Of a DNA stretch of 64,000 nt, positions 37,101 to 50,601 are shown in pieces. The position numbers and the translations under genes are program-made. The notes under the pieces are model-generated. The model had not been told where the DNA came from, ran no database searches, and worked only from the letters and a program-made list of their open reading frames with translations. Location: NCBI GenBank assembly GCA_013265495.1, contig MU058366.1, positions 161,694-225,693 of the forward strand, written 5' to 3'. This stretch comes from Vicugna vicugna. Taxonomy: Eukaryota. How positions within the stretch are numbered: position 1 is the stretch's first letter; each line of letters opens with the position of its first letter.

Positions 37101-40100
37101 TTGGCATATAACTATTCATACTATTCTTTTTTTTTAGCATTTTTTAATTGATTGATAATCATTTTACAATGTCCAACCACAAGTTTTTATTCTATGTCTG
37201 TGAGTCTGTTTCTGTTTTGTATTTATGTTTTGTTTGTGGGTTTCTTTTTTAGGTTCCACATATGAGCGATCTCATATGGTATTTTTCTTTCTCTTTCTGG
37301 CTTACTTCACTTAGAATGACATTCTCCAGGAGTATCCATGTTGCTGCAAATGGCATTATGTTGTCGGTTTTTATGGCTGAATAGTATTCCATTGTATAAA
37401 TACACATCTTCTTTTTCCGGTCAGCTGTTGATGGACATTTAGGCTGTTTCCATGTCTTGGTTATTGCAAACAGTGCTGTTATGAACATTGGGGTGCAGGC
37501 GTCTTTTTGAAGTAGGGTTCCTTTTGGACATATGCCCAGGAGTGGGATTCCTGGGTCATATGGTAAGTCTATTCCTAGTCTTTTGAGGAATCTCCATACT
37601 GTTTTCCACAGTGGCTGCACCAAACTGCATTCCCACCAGCAGTGTAGGAGGGTTCCCTTTTCTCCACAGCCTGTCCAGCACTTGTCATTTGTGGACTTTT
37701 GAATGATGGCCATTCTGACTGGTGTGAGGTGATACCTCATTGTAGTTTTGATTTGCATTTCTCTGATAATTAGTGACACTGAGCATTTTTTCATGTGTCT
37801 ATTGATCATTTGTATGTCTTCCCTGGAGAAGTGCTTGTTTAGGTCTTTTGCCCATTTTTGGATTGGGTTGTTTGGTTGTCTCTTACTAAGTCGTATGAGC
37901 TGCTAATATATTCTGGAGATCAAGCCTTTGTCGGTTTCATCTGCAAAACTTTTCTCCCATTCCGTAGGTTGTCGTTTTGTTTTACTTATGGTTTCCTTTG
38001 CTGTGCAGAAGCTTGTAAGTTTCATTAGGTCCCATTTGTTTGTTCTTGCTTTTATTTCTGTGGCTTGGGTAGACTGCTCTAGAAGAACATTTTTGAGATG
38101 TATGTCAGATAATGTTTTGCCTATCTAGGAGGTTTATTGTATCTTGTCTTATATTTAAGTCTTTGATCCATTTTGAGTTGATTTTTGTGTCTGGTGTAAG
38201 GGATATTTATACTATTCTTTATGATTTTTTGTATTTCTGTGGTATTTGTTGTTATTTCTCCTTTCATTTCTTTTTTGTTTATTTGGGTCCTCTATCTTTT
38301 TATCTTGATGAGTCTGACTAACCATTTATCAGTTTTGTTTATCTTTTCAAAAAATCAGTCCTTGGTTTCATTGATTTTTTTTCTATTTTTTTAATCTCTG
38401 TTTCACTTATTTCCTCTCTGATCTTTATTTTTTCCTTCCTTCAGCTGACTTTGGACTTTGTTCATCTTTTTAAATTCTTTTAGGTAGTAAGTTAATTTGC
38501 TTATTTGAAATTTTTCTTTTTTCTTGTGGAAGACCAAACTTCCCTCATAGGACTGCTTTTACTTCATTCCATAGATTTTTGGGTGTTGTTTTCCATTTTA
38601 ATTTGTCACAAACTATTTTCTAATTTCCTCTTTGACTTTTTCATTGACCCATTGCTTTTTTAAGTAGCATATTGATTAGTCTCCATGCATTTGTGCTTTT
38701 TCATATTTTCTTTTCTGTAATTAATTTCTGGTTTTATACCATTGTGGTTGGAAAGAATGCTTGATATAATTTCTGTCCTCTTAAATTTGTTGAGTCTTAT
38801 TTTGTGGCCTACCATGTGATCTATCCTGGAGAACTGTTACTGTGCACTTACAAAGAATGTGTATTCTGCTGTTTTGAGATGGAATATCTTGCAGACATCT
38901 ATTAAGTCCAACTGGTCTATTGTGTCTTTTAAGACCACTGTTGCCTAGTTTTCTCTCTGGAAGATCTGTCCATTGATGTAAGTCGGGTGTAAAAGTCCCC
39001 TACTGTTATTGTGTTACTGTCAATGTCTTCCTTTATGTCTGTTAATGTTTGCTTTATATGTTTAGGTGCTCCTGTATTGGGTGCATATATGTTAAGAGGG
39101 TAATATCCTCTTGTGTTGATCTCTTTATTATTATATAATGTTCATCTGTCTTTTCTTATATCCTTTGTTTTAAAGTCTTTTTGTCTGATATGAATATCAC
39201 TACCCCCACTTTCTTGTCATTTCTGTTTGCATGAAATACCTCTTTCTATCCCTTCACATTCAGTCTGTGTATGTCTTTGACCCTGTAGTGAGTCTCTTGT
39301 TGGCAGCATATTGAAGAGTCTTGTTTTCAATTCAGTCAGCTCCCTATGGCTTTTGATTGGAGTATTTAGCCCATTGACACTTAGAGAAATTATTGATAGG
39401 TATGTCCTTATTGCCATTTTATTATTTGTTTTCTTAATGTTTTTGTAGTTCTCTCTGTCCTTCTTCTAGTTTCTTCCCTTGTGGTTTATTTTATTTAGTG
39501 TTATGTTTGCATTCCTTTTTAGTTTTTGTGTATCTATTATAGGTTTTTGATATGAGGTTCATATATGTTGACCTATAACTATGTCTACTTGTTTTAAACT
39601 GGTAGTCATTTAAGTTCAGACAAATTCTAAAAGCTCTATATTTTTATTCCCCTCCCCCACATTTCATGTTCACAATTTCATATTTTCTCCATCTTCATAT
39701 CTATCCCTTAACTGTTTATTACAGTTACAGTTGATTTTATAATTTTTTGTCTTTTAATCTTTGTACTGGCTTATTTTAAGTGGTTGATCCACAGCCCTTA
39801 CTATATATTTACCTTTTCTAGTGGGATTTTCCCTTTCCTACAGATTCTTCCTTCTTTTACTCTTAGAGAAGACCCTTTAACATTTCTTTTAGGGTAGGTT
39901 TAGCATTGATGAACTCTTTTAGCTTTTGCTTTTCTGATAAGCTCTTGTCTCTCCTTCTTTCTAAACAGTAACCTTCCTGGGTAAGGTATCCTAGGTTACA
40001 GGTTCTTCCCTTTCAGCACTTTGAATATATCATGCCACTCCCTTCTGGCCAGCAAAGTGTCTGCAGAGAAATCAGCTGACTGCTTTACGGGGAATCCCTT

Positions 40101-40335
40101 GTAAATGACTCTATTCCTCTTGCTGCCTTTAGAATTCTCTCTTTATCTTTAACTTTTGCCATTTAAATTTTGATATCTTGGTGTGGGTCTGTTTGGGACC
40201 CTCTGTGCTTCCTGTACCTGGATATCTGTTTCCTTCTTTAGGTTTGGGAAGTTTTCAGCCATAAGTTCTTCAAGTACATTTTGATCCCTTTCTCTCTCTT
40301 CTCCTTCTGGAGCCTCTATAATGTGAATGTTGGTA
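34150..40335 (-). mobile_element. Older, nearly full-length L1 (3'UTR, ORF2, 3' part of ORF1), decayed, in intron 4
   Basis: ORF2 start MAIRTYLSIISLSVNGLN at 39417; RT and C-terminal fragments at 34805-36619; ORF1 end near 39870-40330. Confidence 0.9.
37130..38203 (-). mobile_element. Younger 5'-truncated L1 nested in the older L1, 17-bp TSD
   Basis: TATT(C/T)ATACTATTCTTT at 37113-37129 and 38204-38220; ORF2 C-terminus open at 37249-37809. Confidence 0.9.
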
Positions 40336-41132
40336 AGCTTTTGATAGCACCTGGAAGAATAGAATTTTTTTATATGCTTTGATCCAAATCAAATTAGTCC
40401 CCTTTGGCAGCAAAGCTGCTGGTCTTTATGGCTTGCCTTGCCCTGGTAGAACTCCTGCTGATTGAGCTGGTGAGGTGGATTGGAGCATCCCAAGCTAAAA
40501 TACCACAGATTCTCACCATTGTTAACTGATGGCCAGTAGTTTTTTTTTTTAATGCTTCCCAGTACAACATAAAATAATTTTATTGTATGCTTTTGGTAAA
40601 TTTCCAGAGTCCCCAAATAGTTGTTTTTTTAAATAAGTTTGTACAGTTTTATCATTGCTTCTTGCAGAATGGCTTTTCTGAGCTCAGTCATTCAGCCATT
40701 CCAGTAGTCTCATTTCCCTCTGTTTGCTAATATTTTATTTAGGATTTTGGCACTGATAATCACAATTGATATTAATGTATACTTTTCTGATATGTTTTAT
40801 CTGTTGTTAGGTTAACTACTAAAGTTATACATGTCATAAAAAGAATTAGAAATATTCCTTGATTTTCTAAACTCTGGAACAATTTATGTAGCATTGGGAC
40901 TATCTGGTCTTTAAAAGTTTGCTAAAATTGCCTGTTGAAACCATCTAATATTGGTGCTTTGGGGAGGTAGCTCCATGGTAAGTTTGTCTGTTTTATTCTA
41001 TGGAAATTTGTATGTGTTAGATTTCTATTCCTATTTGTGTCAATTTTGGTATGCTATGTTTTTCTAGGAAATTGTCCATTTCATCTAGATTTTTAAAAAT
41101 TTATTTATGTAGAGGCATGCAGAATTGTCTCT

Positions 41133-41162
41133 TATAGCTCAGTGGTAGAGCATTTGACTGCA
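41133..41162 (+). pseudogene. tRNA-Cys(GCA) 5'-half retropseudogene (tailless), 16-bp TSD
   Basis: TATAGCTCAGTGGTAGAGCATTTGACTGCA matches the tRNA-Cys D-arm through the anticodon; CAGAATTGTCTCTTAT at 41120-41135 and 41164-41179. Confidence 0.85.
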
Positions 41163-41536
41163 ACAGAATTGTCTCTTATGCTTTTTAAAAATTTCTGTTT
41201 CAATGATAATTTCCTCCTTGCCAGTTCTTATTTTGTATATTTGTGCCCCCTTCTTTTATTGATTATATTGGGATGCCTTTTGGTTAATTTTTCCCCCAAG
41301 AAACCAAGATTTTGATTTTAAAAACTCTACTATTTCTCTGAACTCTATTATTTTCTGCTTTTATCTTTATTTTGTAATTTCCTTTGTTTTTCTCTATTTT
41401 TCTTTTTCTAGCTTTGAACTGAGTATTTAACTTATTTTCATCCTATTATTTTTATCAATACAGCTGTTTTAATAGATTTTACCATTCTGGGTAGAATCGA
41501 GCATTTATTTATTCCAGATACTTGGTGGGCCCTTTC

Positions 41537-41847
41537 TTTATTTTTTTTTTAACATTTTTTTTTATTGAGTTATAGTCATTTTACAATGTTGTGTCAAATT
41601 CCAGTGTAGAGCACAATTTTTTTCAGTTATATGTGAACATACATAAATTCATTGTCACTTTCTCTTTCACTGTGAGCCACCACAAGATCCTGTATATATT
41701 TCTCTAAGCTACACAGTACAATCTTGTTTATCTATTCTACATTTTGAAATCCCAGTCCCTTCCCACCCTCCTACCCACTGGCAACCACAAGTTTGTGTTC
41801 TATGTCTATGAATCTGGTTCTGTTTCGTATTAATGTTTGTTATTTTT
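41537..41847 (-). mobile_element. Young L1 3' end, 15-bp TSD
   Basis: TTGGTGGGCCCTTTC at 41522-41536 and 41848-41862; TTTC/AA endonuclease-type site. Confidence 0.9.
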
Positions 41848-42759
41848 TTGGTGGGCCCTTTCAATATGTCGATTCATGTGTTAATTTATTTGTGGACCTT
41901 GGACTATGATTTGAATATTAGTAATGTACCACTGTTTTGTTTTCCTTTTGGGGAAATCTAATTAAATGTATGTCACATCTTCTTTTCCTGAAGTCTTCTA
42001 TTTCAACTGCTTTTTCTGTGATCCTTTTAACTTCCTTATTTTTTATTCTGTTAGTTGTTTTCTGTCCTTTCTTCAATGCCACCTACTAAATTTGAGTGTC
42101 TTCTTCCCTTGGAATCTTGTAACTTAGGCTTCATTTCTGAGATGGTTTTCTCTATTTCTTTAGTTTCTTTCCTGAGTACAGTTAACCAATTCTTATTTCA
42201 CTTTTCCTGTTTCCCATCCATTTCTGTCCTTTATTTTAAAGCAAAATGTTGGAAATAGACTTGATATCTAATATTAAAGGAATACTCAAATTATGGTACA
42301 TCTGTGGAATGAAATACAGTACCAGCGAATAAAAGAACGAAGAAACTCTTTACTGTGTTTTTCTGCATTGATCTCTAAGATATTAAGTGAAAAGAAGCAG
42401 GTTGCAGAACAGTGAGTTTAATATGGTACCATCTATGACTATATCTATGTGTGCGTGTGTGTGTGTGTATAGTTTATTTTAATATATGACTTGTGTGTGT
42501 ATATATATATGTATATATATAGTTAATTTTAATATATAACTGGTGACTTTTTTTTGGCCTCCAGAGATAAGACTGGATGGCTGTGGGAATGAGGGAAGAG
42601 GAAGACTTTTCACTCTATACTCCCTTGTTTTTGCTTTTAAAATTTTAAAATTATGAGTGTATTAACCTATTTCAAATAAATAAAAATAAAAAGTAATAAT
42701 TCCTTCCTAGGCTTTACATTATAACAGTGAAAGTCAGGCAATAAGCATAATTTAAAAAC

Positions 42760-45700
42760 AAGGGAACTCATTACAGCTAAAAAATAAGATTGTATTAGTA
42801 AGTCCTTACCTATATAATAGTAATTACTCTAAATGTAAATGGGTTGAGTTCTCCAATCAAAAGGCATAGAGTGGCTGGATGAATTTTCAAAGACACCCAA
42901 GTATATGCTACCTACAAGAGACTCAATATCACCTTTAAGGGCACACATATTCTCAAACGAAAGGGATGGCAAAGATACTCCATGCAAGTAGAAACCAAAA
43001 GTGAACAAGAGTTGCTATACTTGTATCAGACAAAATACACTTTAAGCCAAAAATGGTAACAAGAGACAAGGGCATTATATATGATAAAAAAGACCAATTC
43101 ATCAAGAAGATACAACAATTGGGAAAGAAATGCACCCAACATCGGAGCACCAAAATGTATTAAGCAAATAATAACAGATCTGAAGACAGAAATAGACAAT
43201 AATATAATGACAGGAGAAGACTTCAATACCTCACTTTCAAAACTAGATAGATCATCCAGACAAAATCAACAAGGAAATATTAGACTTGAACCATACTTTA
43301 GGCCAAATTGATCTAACAGACATATACAAACATTCCATCCAATAGCAGTGGAATACACATTCTTCCTCTCAAGCACATGGAACATTGTCTAGGATAAATC
43401 GTAGACAAGTTTTCAAAACAAGTTTTCAAAAACTTAAGAAGAAATCATACCAAGTATCTTTTCTGAACCACAGTGGTATGGAACTAGAAATGAATAACAA
43501 GAAGAAGACTGGAAAATTCACAAATATGTGGAAATTTAGCAACACACTCCTGAACAACCAATAGGTCAAAGAAGAAATCAAAAAGCAAATTAAAAATTTT
43601 CTTGAAACAAATTGCTATGGAAACACAAAATACCAAAACCTATGGGATGCTGCAAAAGCAGTTCTAAAAGGGAAGTTTATAGTGAGAAACATCAATATTA
43701 GGAAAAAAGAAAGATGTCAAATAACCAACCTAACTACACCTTAGTGAACTAGAAAAAGAACAAACTAAGCCCAAAGATGACATCAGAAAAGAAGCAACAG
43801 AGATCAGAGCAAAAATAAATGAAATAGAAACCAGAATAACAAGAAAAGATAAACAAAACTGAGTTTGTTTAAAAAAACACTAACTTAGAAGAAAAGAGTA
43901 AAGACTCAAATAAAATCAGAATGGAAAGAGGAGACATTACAACTTATACTCAGAAACACAAAGGATTGTAGGAGACTACTATGAACAATTATATGTCAAC
44001 AAATTGGATAACCTAGACGAAATGGATAAATTCCTGGAAACATACAATCTACTACAACTGAATCATGAAGAAATAAAATCTTAACAGACCATTCATGAGA
44101 AAGGAAATTGAATCAGTAATCAAATATCTCCCAACAAAGAAAAGTCCAGGACCAGATGGGTTCACTGGTGAATTCTACCAAGCATTTAAAGAAGAATTAA
44201 TACCAATATTTCTTAAGTTCTTCCAGAAAACTGAACAGGAGGGAGTACTTTCCAAACTCATAAGGCCAGCATTACTCTTTTACCAAAGCCTGAGAAGGAC
44301 ACTACAAAAGAAAACTATAGACTAATGTCCCTGATGAATAAAAATGCAAAAGTTCTCAACAAAATATTGGCTAACTGAATTCAGGTTCACATTAAGAGGA
44401 TCATACACCACAGTCCAGTGGGATTTGTCCCTGGGATGCAGGGATGTTTCAGCATATAAAAATTAATAAATGTGATACCTACATTAATGGAATAAAAGAC
44501 AAAGATTACATGATCATGTCAGTATATTCAGATAAAGCATTTGACAGTATCCAACATCTTTTCATGATAAAAACCCTCAAGAAATTGTGTATAGAAGGAG
44601 CAGACATTAACATAATGCAGGCTATACATGACCAATTGACAGCTAACCTACTCAATGGTGAAAGGCAGGAAGCTTTTCCTCTTAGATCAGGGGAACAAGA
44701 CAAGGGCTCCCACATTCACCAGTCTTACTCAGCACAGCAGTGGTCAATGCGATGTCTAGCCAAAGCGATCAGGCCAGACAAATAAACAAAAGGCACCCAT
44801 ATCATAAAGGAGGAAGTAAAATTGTTATTTGTAGGTAATATAAGGATACGTACAAAAAACTTAGAACTAATCAACAATTTCAGTAAAGTTGCAGGATACA
44901 AAGTCAACATACAGAGATCAGCTGCATTTCTAGACACTAACAACCTAAAAAAGAAATAAGAAAAAGAAATAAAGAAAATAATCCCACTCACAACAGCATT
45001 GGAACCAGTAAAATGGTCGGGAATAAGTTGAACCAGGGATGTGAGAGTCCTGTACGCCAAACACTGCAAGGCTTTGATGAAAGAAATTAAAAAAAGACAC
45101 ACACAAGTGAAAGAGATCCTGAATTCATGGATCGGAATTAATGTTAAAATGTTCATACTACCCCAAATCATCTATAGATTCAATGAAATCCCTATCAAAA
45201 TTGCAATGGCAATTTTTACAGAAATAGAAAATTCCTAAAATTTGTATGGAAGCACAAAAGACCCTGAATTGCCAAAGCAATCTTGAGAAAAGAAGAACAA
45301 AGCTAGAGGGATTACACTTCCTGATACCAAACAACAGCTACAAAGCAGTATTAATAAAAATAGAGGGGCCAGGAGTAAAGCCCCATGGATACAGTCAGCT
45401 GATATCTGACACAGAAGCCAAGAGTACTCAATGGGGGAAGGATAGTTTCTTCAATAAATGATGTTGGGAAAACTGGATAACCACAGGCAGGAAAATGAAA
45501 TTGAACCCCTGTCTTATACCACTCTGAAGATTAGCTTGAAATGGATTAAAGACTTAAACATGAGTCTTGAATCTGTAAGACTCCTAGAAGAAAACTTAGG
45601 GGAAAATCTCCTTGACATTATTCTCAGCAATGACGCCAGAAGCACACGGAGCAAAAGCAAAAAGTCAATAAGCAGGACTACATCAAACTAAAAAACTGCA

Positions 45701-47245
45701 CAGCAAAAGAAACAATCACCAAAATGAAAAGGTAACCTATGAAATGGGAGAAAATATTCGCAAACCACATATCTGATAAGGGATTCAAATTCAAAATCTG
45801 TAAAGAACTCATCGACTCAGTAACAATGGCAGCAACAACAAAAGCAAACTGATAAAAATGGGCAGAGGAGCTGAACAGACATTTCTCCAAAGAAGACATA
45901 CAGATGGCCAACACATACATGAAAAGATGCTCAACATCACTAATCATCAGGGAAACGCAAATCAAAAGCACAGTGAGATAGAATGGCTATCATCCGGAAG
46001 ACAGGAGATGACGGGTATTGACAAGGATGTGGAGAAAAGGTAACTCTTGTGCGCTGTTGATGGAAATATAAATTGGTTCTGTCACTATAAAAAGAAGTAT
46101 GGAGGTTCCTCAAAAAAATAAAACTAAACTGTCATATAATTCAGTAACCCTATTTCCGAGTATATTACTTGAAGGAAATGAAAACAGGATCTTTAAAAAG
46201 ATATCTGCACTCCCATATTCACTGCAGCATTATTCATGGTAGAGATATGGAAACAACCTAAATGTCCATCAACAGATGACTGGATAAAGAAGATGGCATG
46301 GAATATCATTGAGCCATGAGGAAGAAGGAAATCCTGCCATTTGTGACAACATGGGTGGATCTTGAGGTCATTATGCTAAGTTAAATGTCAGAGAAAGACA
46401 AATATTGTGTGATATTTATATGTGGGATCTGAAAAAGCCAAATTCGTAAACAGTAGAATGGTGGTTACCAGGAGCTGGTGGGGTGGGGGAAATGAGAGAG
46501 ATTGATTGAAGGGTACAGACTTCCAGTTAGAAGATGACTAAGTTCTGGAGGCTCTAATGCACAGTAAATTGTGATTAAGATAGTAGATCTTAAATATTCT
46601 CAACACAAAAAAAGAAATGGTTAACACAAATCTTATCTTTTTCTATGAGTATGTTTCTGAAGTATAACTAATGAACTCACTTAGTGTTGTAGGTCAGTTG
46701 TACTTCAGAAACAAACAAACATAGAAAAAGAGATCAGATTTGTGGTTACCAGAGGCTGAGAGTTGGGAGAGGGGGAACTGGATGAAGACAGTAAAATGTA
46801 CAGACTTGCAGTGATAAGACAAATAAGTGCTGGGGATGTAAATGTACGACATGATAAATACAATGAACACTGCTGTATTTTATATATGAAAGTTGTTATG
46901 AGAATAAATCCTAAGAGTTCTCATCACAAGGAGAACTTTTTCCTATTTCTTTAATGTACCTATATGAGATGATGGAGGTGCACTAAATTCATTGTGGTTG
47001 TCGTTTTATGATGTGTGAAAGTCAAATCATGATGCTATACTCCTGAAAATCATACAGTGCTGTGTGTCACTTATAGATCAAAAAACTGGAAGAAAAAAAA
47101 GAAATGGCAATTATGTGATGGTACAGAGCTGTTACCTAATGCTATGATGGTTATTTTGCAGTGTATGTGTAACCAATCAGCATGTTGTACACCGTAAATT
47201 TACACAATGTTATATGACAGTTATATCTTAATAAAGCTGTGTAAA
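42760..47245 (+). mobile_element. Decayed L1 (ORF2 + 3'UTR), sense to GAB3, in intron 4
   Basis: ORF2 fragments ([29 protein letters not shown]); 3' end TTATATCTTAATAAAGCTG. Confidence 0.9.
46621..47093 (+). mobile_element. L1 3'-end insertion nested in an L1 3'UTR, with a fold-back 5' end; 14-bp TSD
   Basis: AAAAAAAGAAATGG at 46607-46620 and 47094-47107. Confidence 0.75.
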
Positions 47246-47249
47246 TAAG

Positions 47250-48780
47250 TATATGGCCTATTAGAAGGTGATAGTACTTTGGAAAGAGAAATGCAGGTGG
47301 GGGCAAGGTTATAATATGAAAAAGGGTAATTAGGGTACTTTTGATTGAGAGGGAAGATGTGAAGAAATACTTGAAGGAACTGCAGGCACAGGGGTGGGGG
47401 AGGGTAGAGCTGAATGGTGGGGCACATGCTTAGGATGCACGAGCTCCTGGGGTCAACCCCCAGGTGCTCCATTAAAGTAAGTAAATAAATAAATGAACAC
47501 AATTATCTCCCCTACAAAGCATAAGCAAAAATAACCCCAAAAAGTGAGGAACAATAAAATATGCAAATTAAAATTTTGTTTTAATTCTTTAAAAAAAAAA
47601 AAACTAGAGCAAAGACCTTCAAGTGGGAAAAGCTTGGTGTCTTTGAACAACAGCAGAGTAAGGCCAGTATGATTGCAGTGAGAGAGGAAGAAGTGGTGAC
47701 TGATGAAGACAGAGTGGTAAGGCAGAGTGAGAGCACATGGTCCTTAGAGGCCACTCTGAGGGCCCGAGCTCTGAGTCTGAGTGAGATGGGCCGTTGTAGG
47801 GTGCTAAGGAGAGGGAGCTATCACTCTGATTCCTTTTTTTAAATCTGCTTATGAATCTGTAAGTTTTATTTTAAAAATTACTCAGAAATATGTATACACT
47901 CCAGTGAGATACTAGTACCATATTCATTTTTACATTTTGATTGTCAATTCGAGAAATTACCTTCATGAATAGATGCATTTTATAAAGCTGAGATTTTTAT
48001 AATTCTAGAGGCATCAGTCTGGTTTCTGAGTGGAGAATAGACTGGGTGCCAGATCATGCAGTTCCCTGTAAACCACTGTAAGGACTTGGGCTCTGACTCA
48101 GTGAGATGGGGCCGTTGCAGAATATGGAGCAGAAGAGGGACATGATGTGACTTACATTTTAACAGGATCACTGCTGTGTTGAGCGTATACTGAAGGGAAG
48201 CAAGCGTAGAACACGAATGCCAGTTAGAATGAAAGTACAGTAATCTGGGCAAGCTCTAAAGGTAACAGGCTAGGAGAGTAGCTCTTGAATTTGTTAAGGA
48301 TGGTTGGTATATCTTGGTATTTCTTGAGGATGGAACCTCACTCATTGGATGTAAGGTGGAAAAAGAATGGAGTCGGTGATGACTTCATGGCTCTTGGCCT
48401 GAGGAACTGACTTGGGGAACAAGGAACAAGTGGAATAAGTCAGAAGATGGGGAGGACGTCAGAAAGTTGTCCTGCGAACTGTTGAGTTTGAGATCCCTGC
48501 AAGCTATCCCAGTGGAAGTGCCAAGGAGGTTGCTAGAAATAGGAGTCTGCAGGTCAGGGAGAGTCCTGGGCTGGAGCTCTGAGTTTGGGCACTCTCAGCA
48601 TATCGTTGGTAAATCCAAGCGACTAGATGAGCTCACCAAGAGAGTGACTACAGAGGAGGGATCAGCACCAAGGATGGAGCCTGGACTCCTCCCACATTTA
48701 GAGATTGCAGACAAGAGAAGGAGCCAGCAGAAGAAAATCTAAGCAAGTGAGCGGTTAAGTAGGAGGAAAGTCAGCAGGGA
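47250..48780 (-). mobile_element. L2 remnants, interrupted by a SINE
   Basis: GAGTGAGATGGG, TTTTAACAGGATCACT, GTTGAGTTTGAGAT, CTGGGCTGGAG motifs. Confidence 0.7.
47391..47603 (+). mobile_element. tRNA-derived SINE (Vic-1-like), diverged
   Basis: GGGGAGGGTAGAGCTGAATGGTGG...GGGGTCAACCCCCAGG...AAATAAATAAA with A-tail. Confidence 0.75.
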
Positions 48781-49004
48781 AAGTTCGGGCAGAGCCTGGC
48801 CTGGTCCAGGGCTGTGGTGGTGCATCCGTCCTTTGATCTCAACCCGTCTTCACGGTTCCATAGACTCCGTCCCCTGTCTGATGGTGACGCAGGGTGTTCT
48901 CTATATTTGTGTCAGGTGGTGATTTCAGTAGGGACTTGATAACAGAAGGGGAGTTGGGGGCCTCTACACATTCTCTGTTAACATCATCCACAGTCATTTC
49001 TAGG

Positions 49005-49225
49005 ATTTACAAATCTGTGTCCCAGGCACTGTTGGCAGTGTTGCATGCACTAACACATCTAACCCTTGCAGTAGTCCTATGAAATCGGTTCTATTATTGG
49101 TCTCATTTTATAGGTCAGGAAACTGAGACGGAGAGGGTGAGGTAACTCATCTAGTGTCACCCAGCTAATAAGTGGTAAAGTAGGGATTTAAAACTAGACT
49201 GACTCCAGGGAAGCTTTTAACCAGT
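49005..49225 (-). mobile_element. MIR SINE remnant
   Basis: CATTTTATAGGTCAGGAAACTGAGACGGAGAGGGTGAGGTAACT...GTCACCCAGCTAATAAGTGG. Confidence 0.8.
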
Positions 49226-50112
49226 ACTTGTGCAGCCTTCAAGACACATAGGCGCACGCATATGCGTGTGCATCTGTGTGTATATACACCATATTCTCAG
49301 ATGCACCAGCCTCCATCTTACCTTTCTGAGCTGGGGGTTACTCTCTTGCTTTAGGGTTACATTAACACTTCAGTCTATTTCTCAGAGGCAACCTGACTTT
49401 ATTGGTTGCTAACCTTCCTGCTCTGAATACTGAGAGTCTCTAGGATTCTATACTTAACCTTTTCTCAACACAGACAGCCCAGATAATCTCATCTACGCAT
49501 AGGGTTTTGACTGCCACCTCTAAGCATATCTCATTTGCATCTAGGTCCATATATCTTGCTACCGTCCAGACATCTTCTATTTCAATTCGACAATGATTTG
49601 AAATTTTTATTCCACACTGTTTATGTGTCGTATCCATCTCACAAATTTCTAATGCGGATTAATCCGACTTTCCTCTCTCCCCATAGCTGTACCTGAGCAG
49701 CTGGAGGGAAGACCGTGGTCGCTAGGGCTACTCCTGTTCATCACAAGAGCCATTTCACACCTCCCCCCCTCTCCTCAAACCTCCAGCTCTGTGTCTACCA
49801 TCTCTAAGCCCAGAAAACTCACGTAACACATGCAACAGCGTTGGTTAATTACTTGCTCTATCTACCCCCAGTTCACACAAAGAACCGAAGCCACCACACA
49901 GAAACTTCTTCAAAATCTGGTCTGATTTCCATCTGTCAGGGGCTGTGTTCCAACTGCCCAGCTAGACTCAATAGCAAGCCTGGCACGGAAACTTTTACTC
50001 TTCTCTCCCTCTCTGCAGCCGAGCCCAGCGCCCTGAGGCGCACAGGGACTTGGAGCCCAGTTTCAGTTGATGTTGTCCTGCATTTTTCACCACGCTGGCT
50101 TTTTTCTTGCAG

Positions 50113-50168
50113 CTGATGTAGAAGGCCAGTCTTTAAGACAGCGAGACAAGCGGCTAAGTTTAAATTTG
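50113..50168 (+). CDS. GAB3: GAB3 exon 5 (ADVEGQSLRQRDKRLSLNL), phase 1 to 0
   Basis: ttcttgcag|CTGAT...AATTTG|gtaagt; 56 nt; links exons 4 and 6 in frame. Confidence 0.93.
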
Positions 50169-50601
50169 GTAAGTTTGGCTCTTGGCTTCCTTCAATATTA
50201 CCAAAAACTGGCCTGACCTCTATATGTCCCCTTGATGTCTTCTGAGACTCAGCACTCTGATTCTCTGAGAACCCTTCCAGTCTCCAATTAAGGCTTGAAC
50301 TCGTCAGGAGCTACTGGACTTAGTGTTTTATATAAGGACCCTGCCGGTCCTAGTGGCCCGGACACTTCTCCAGCTCAGGGTAGCTGCTCAAGTCCTCACA
50401 TCATACTTAAAGCATCTGCATAAAGTCATCAACCCCTGTCATCCGGCATGAGATCACACAATAAGTCCGGAGGCAGAGCTTGAGTTAGAGGCCTGTCTGA
50501 CTTTCCTAGGGAAGGTCAGAGTTATTCTTGGGTAATTTGCCCGCTGGTAGCAGTTTCTATGACTGTTCCACAGTTCCTGACCTATACCTGGTCTCTTGCA
50601 G

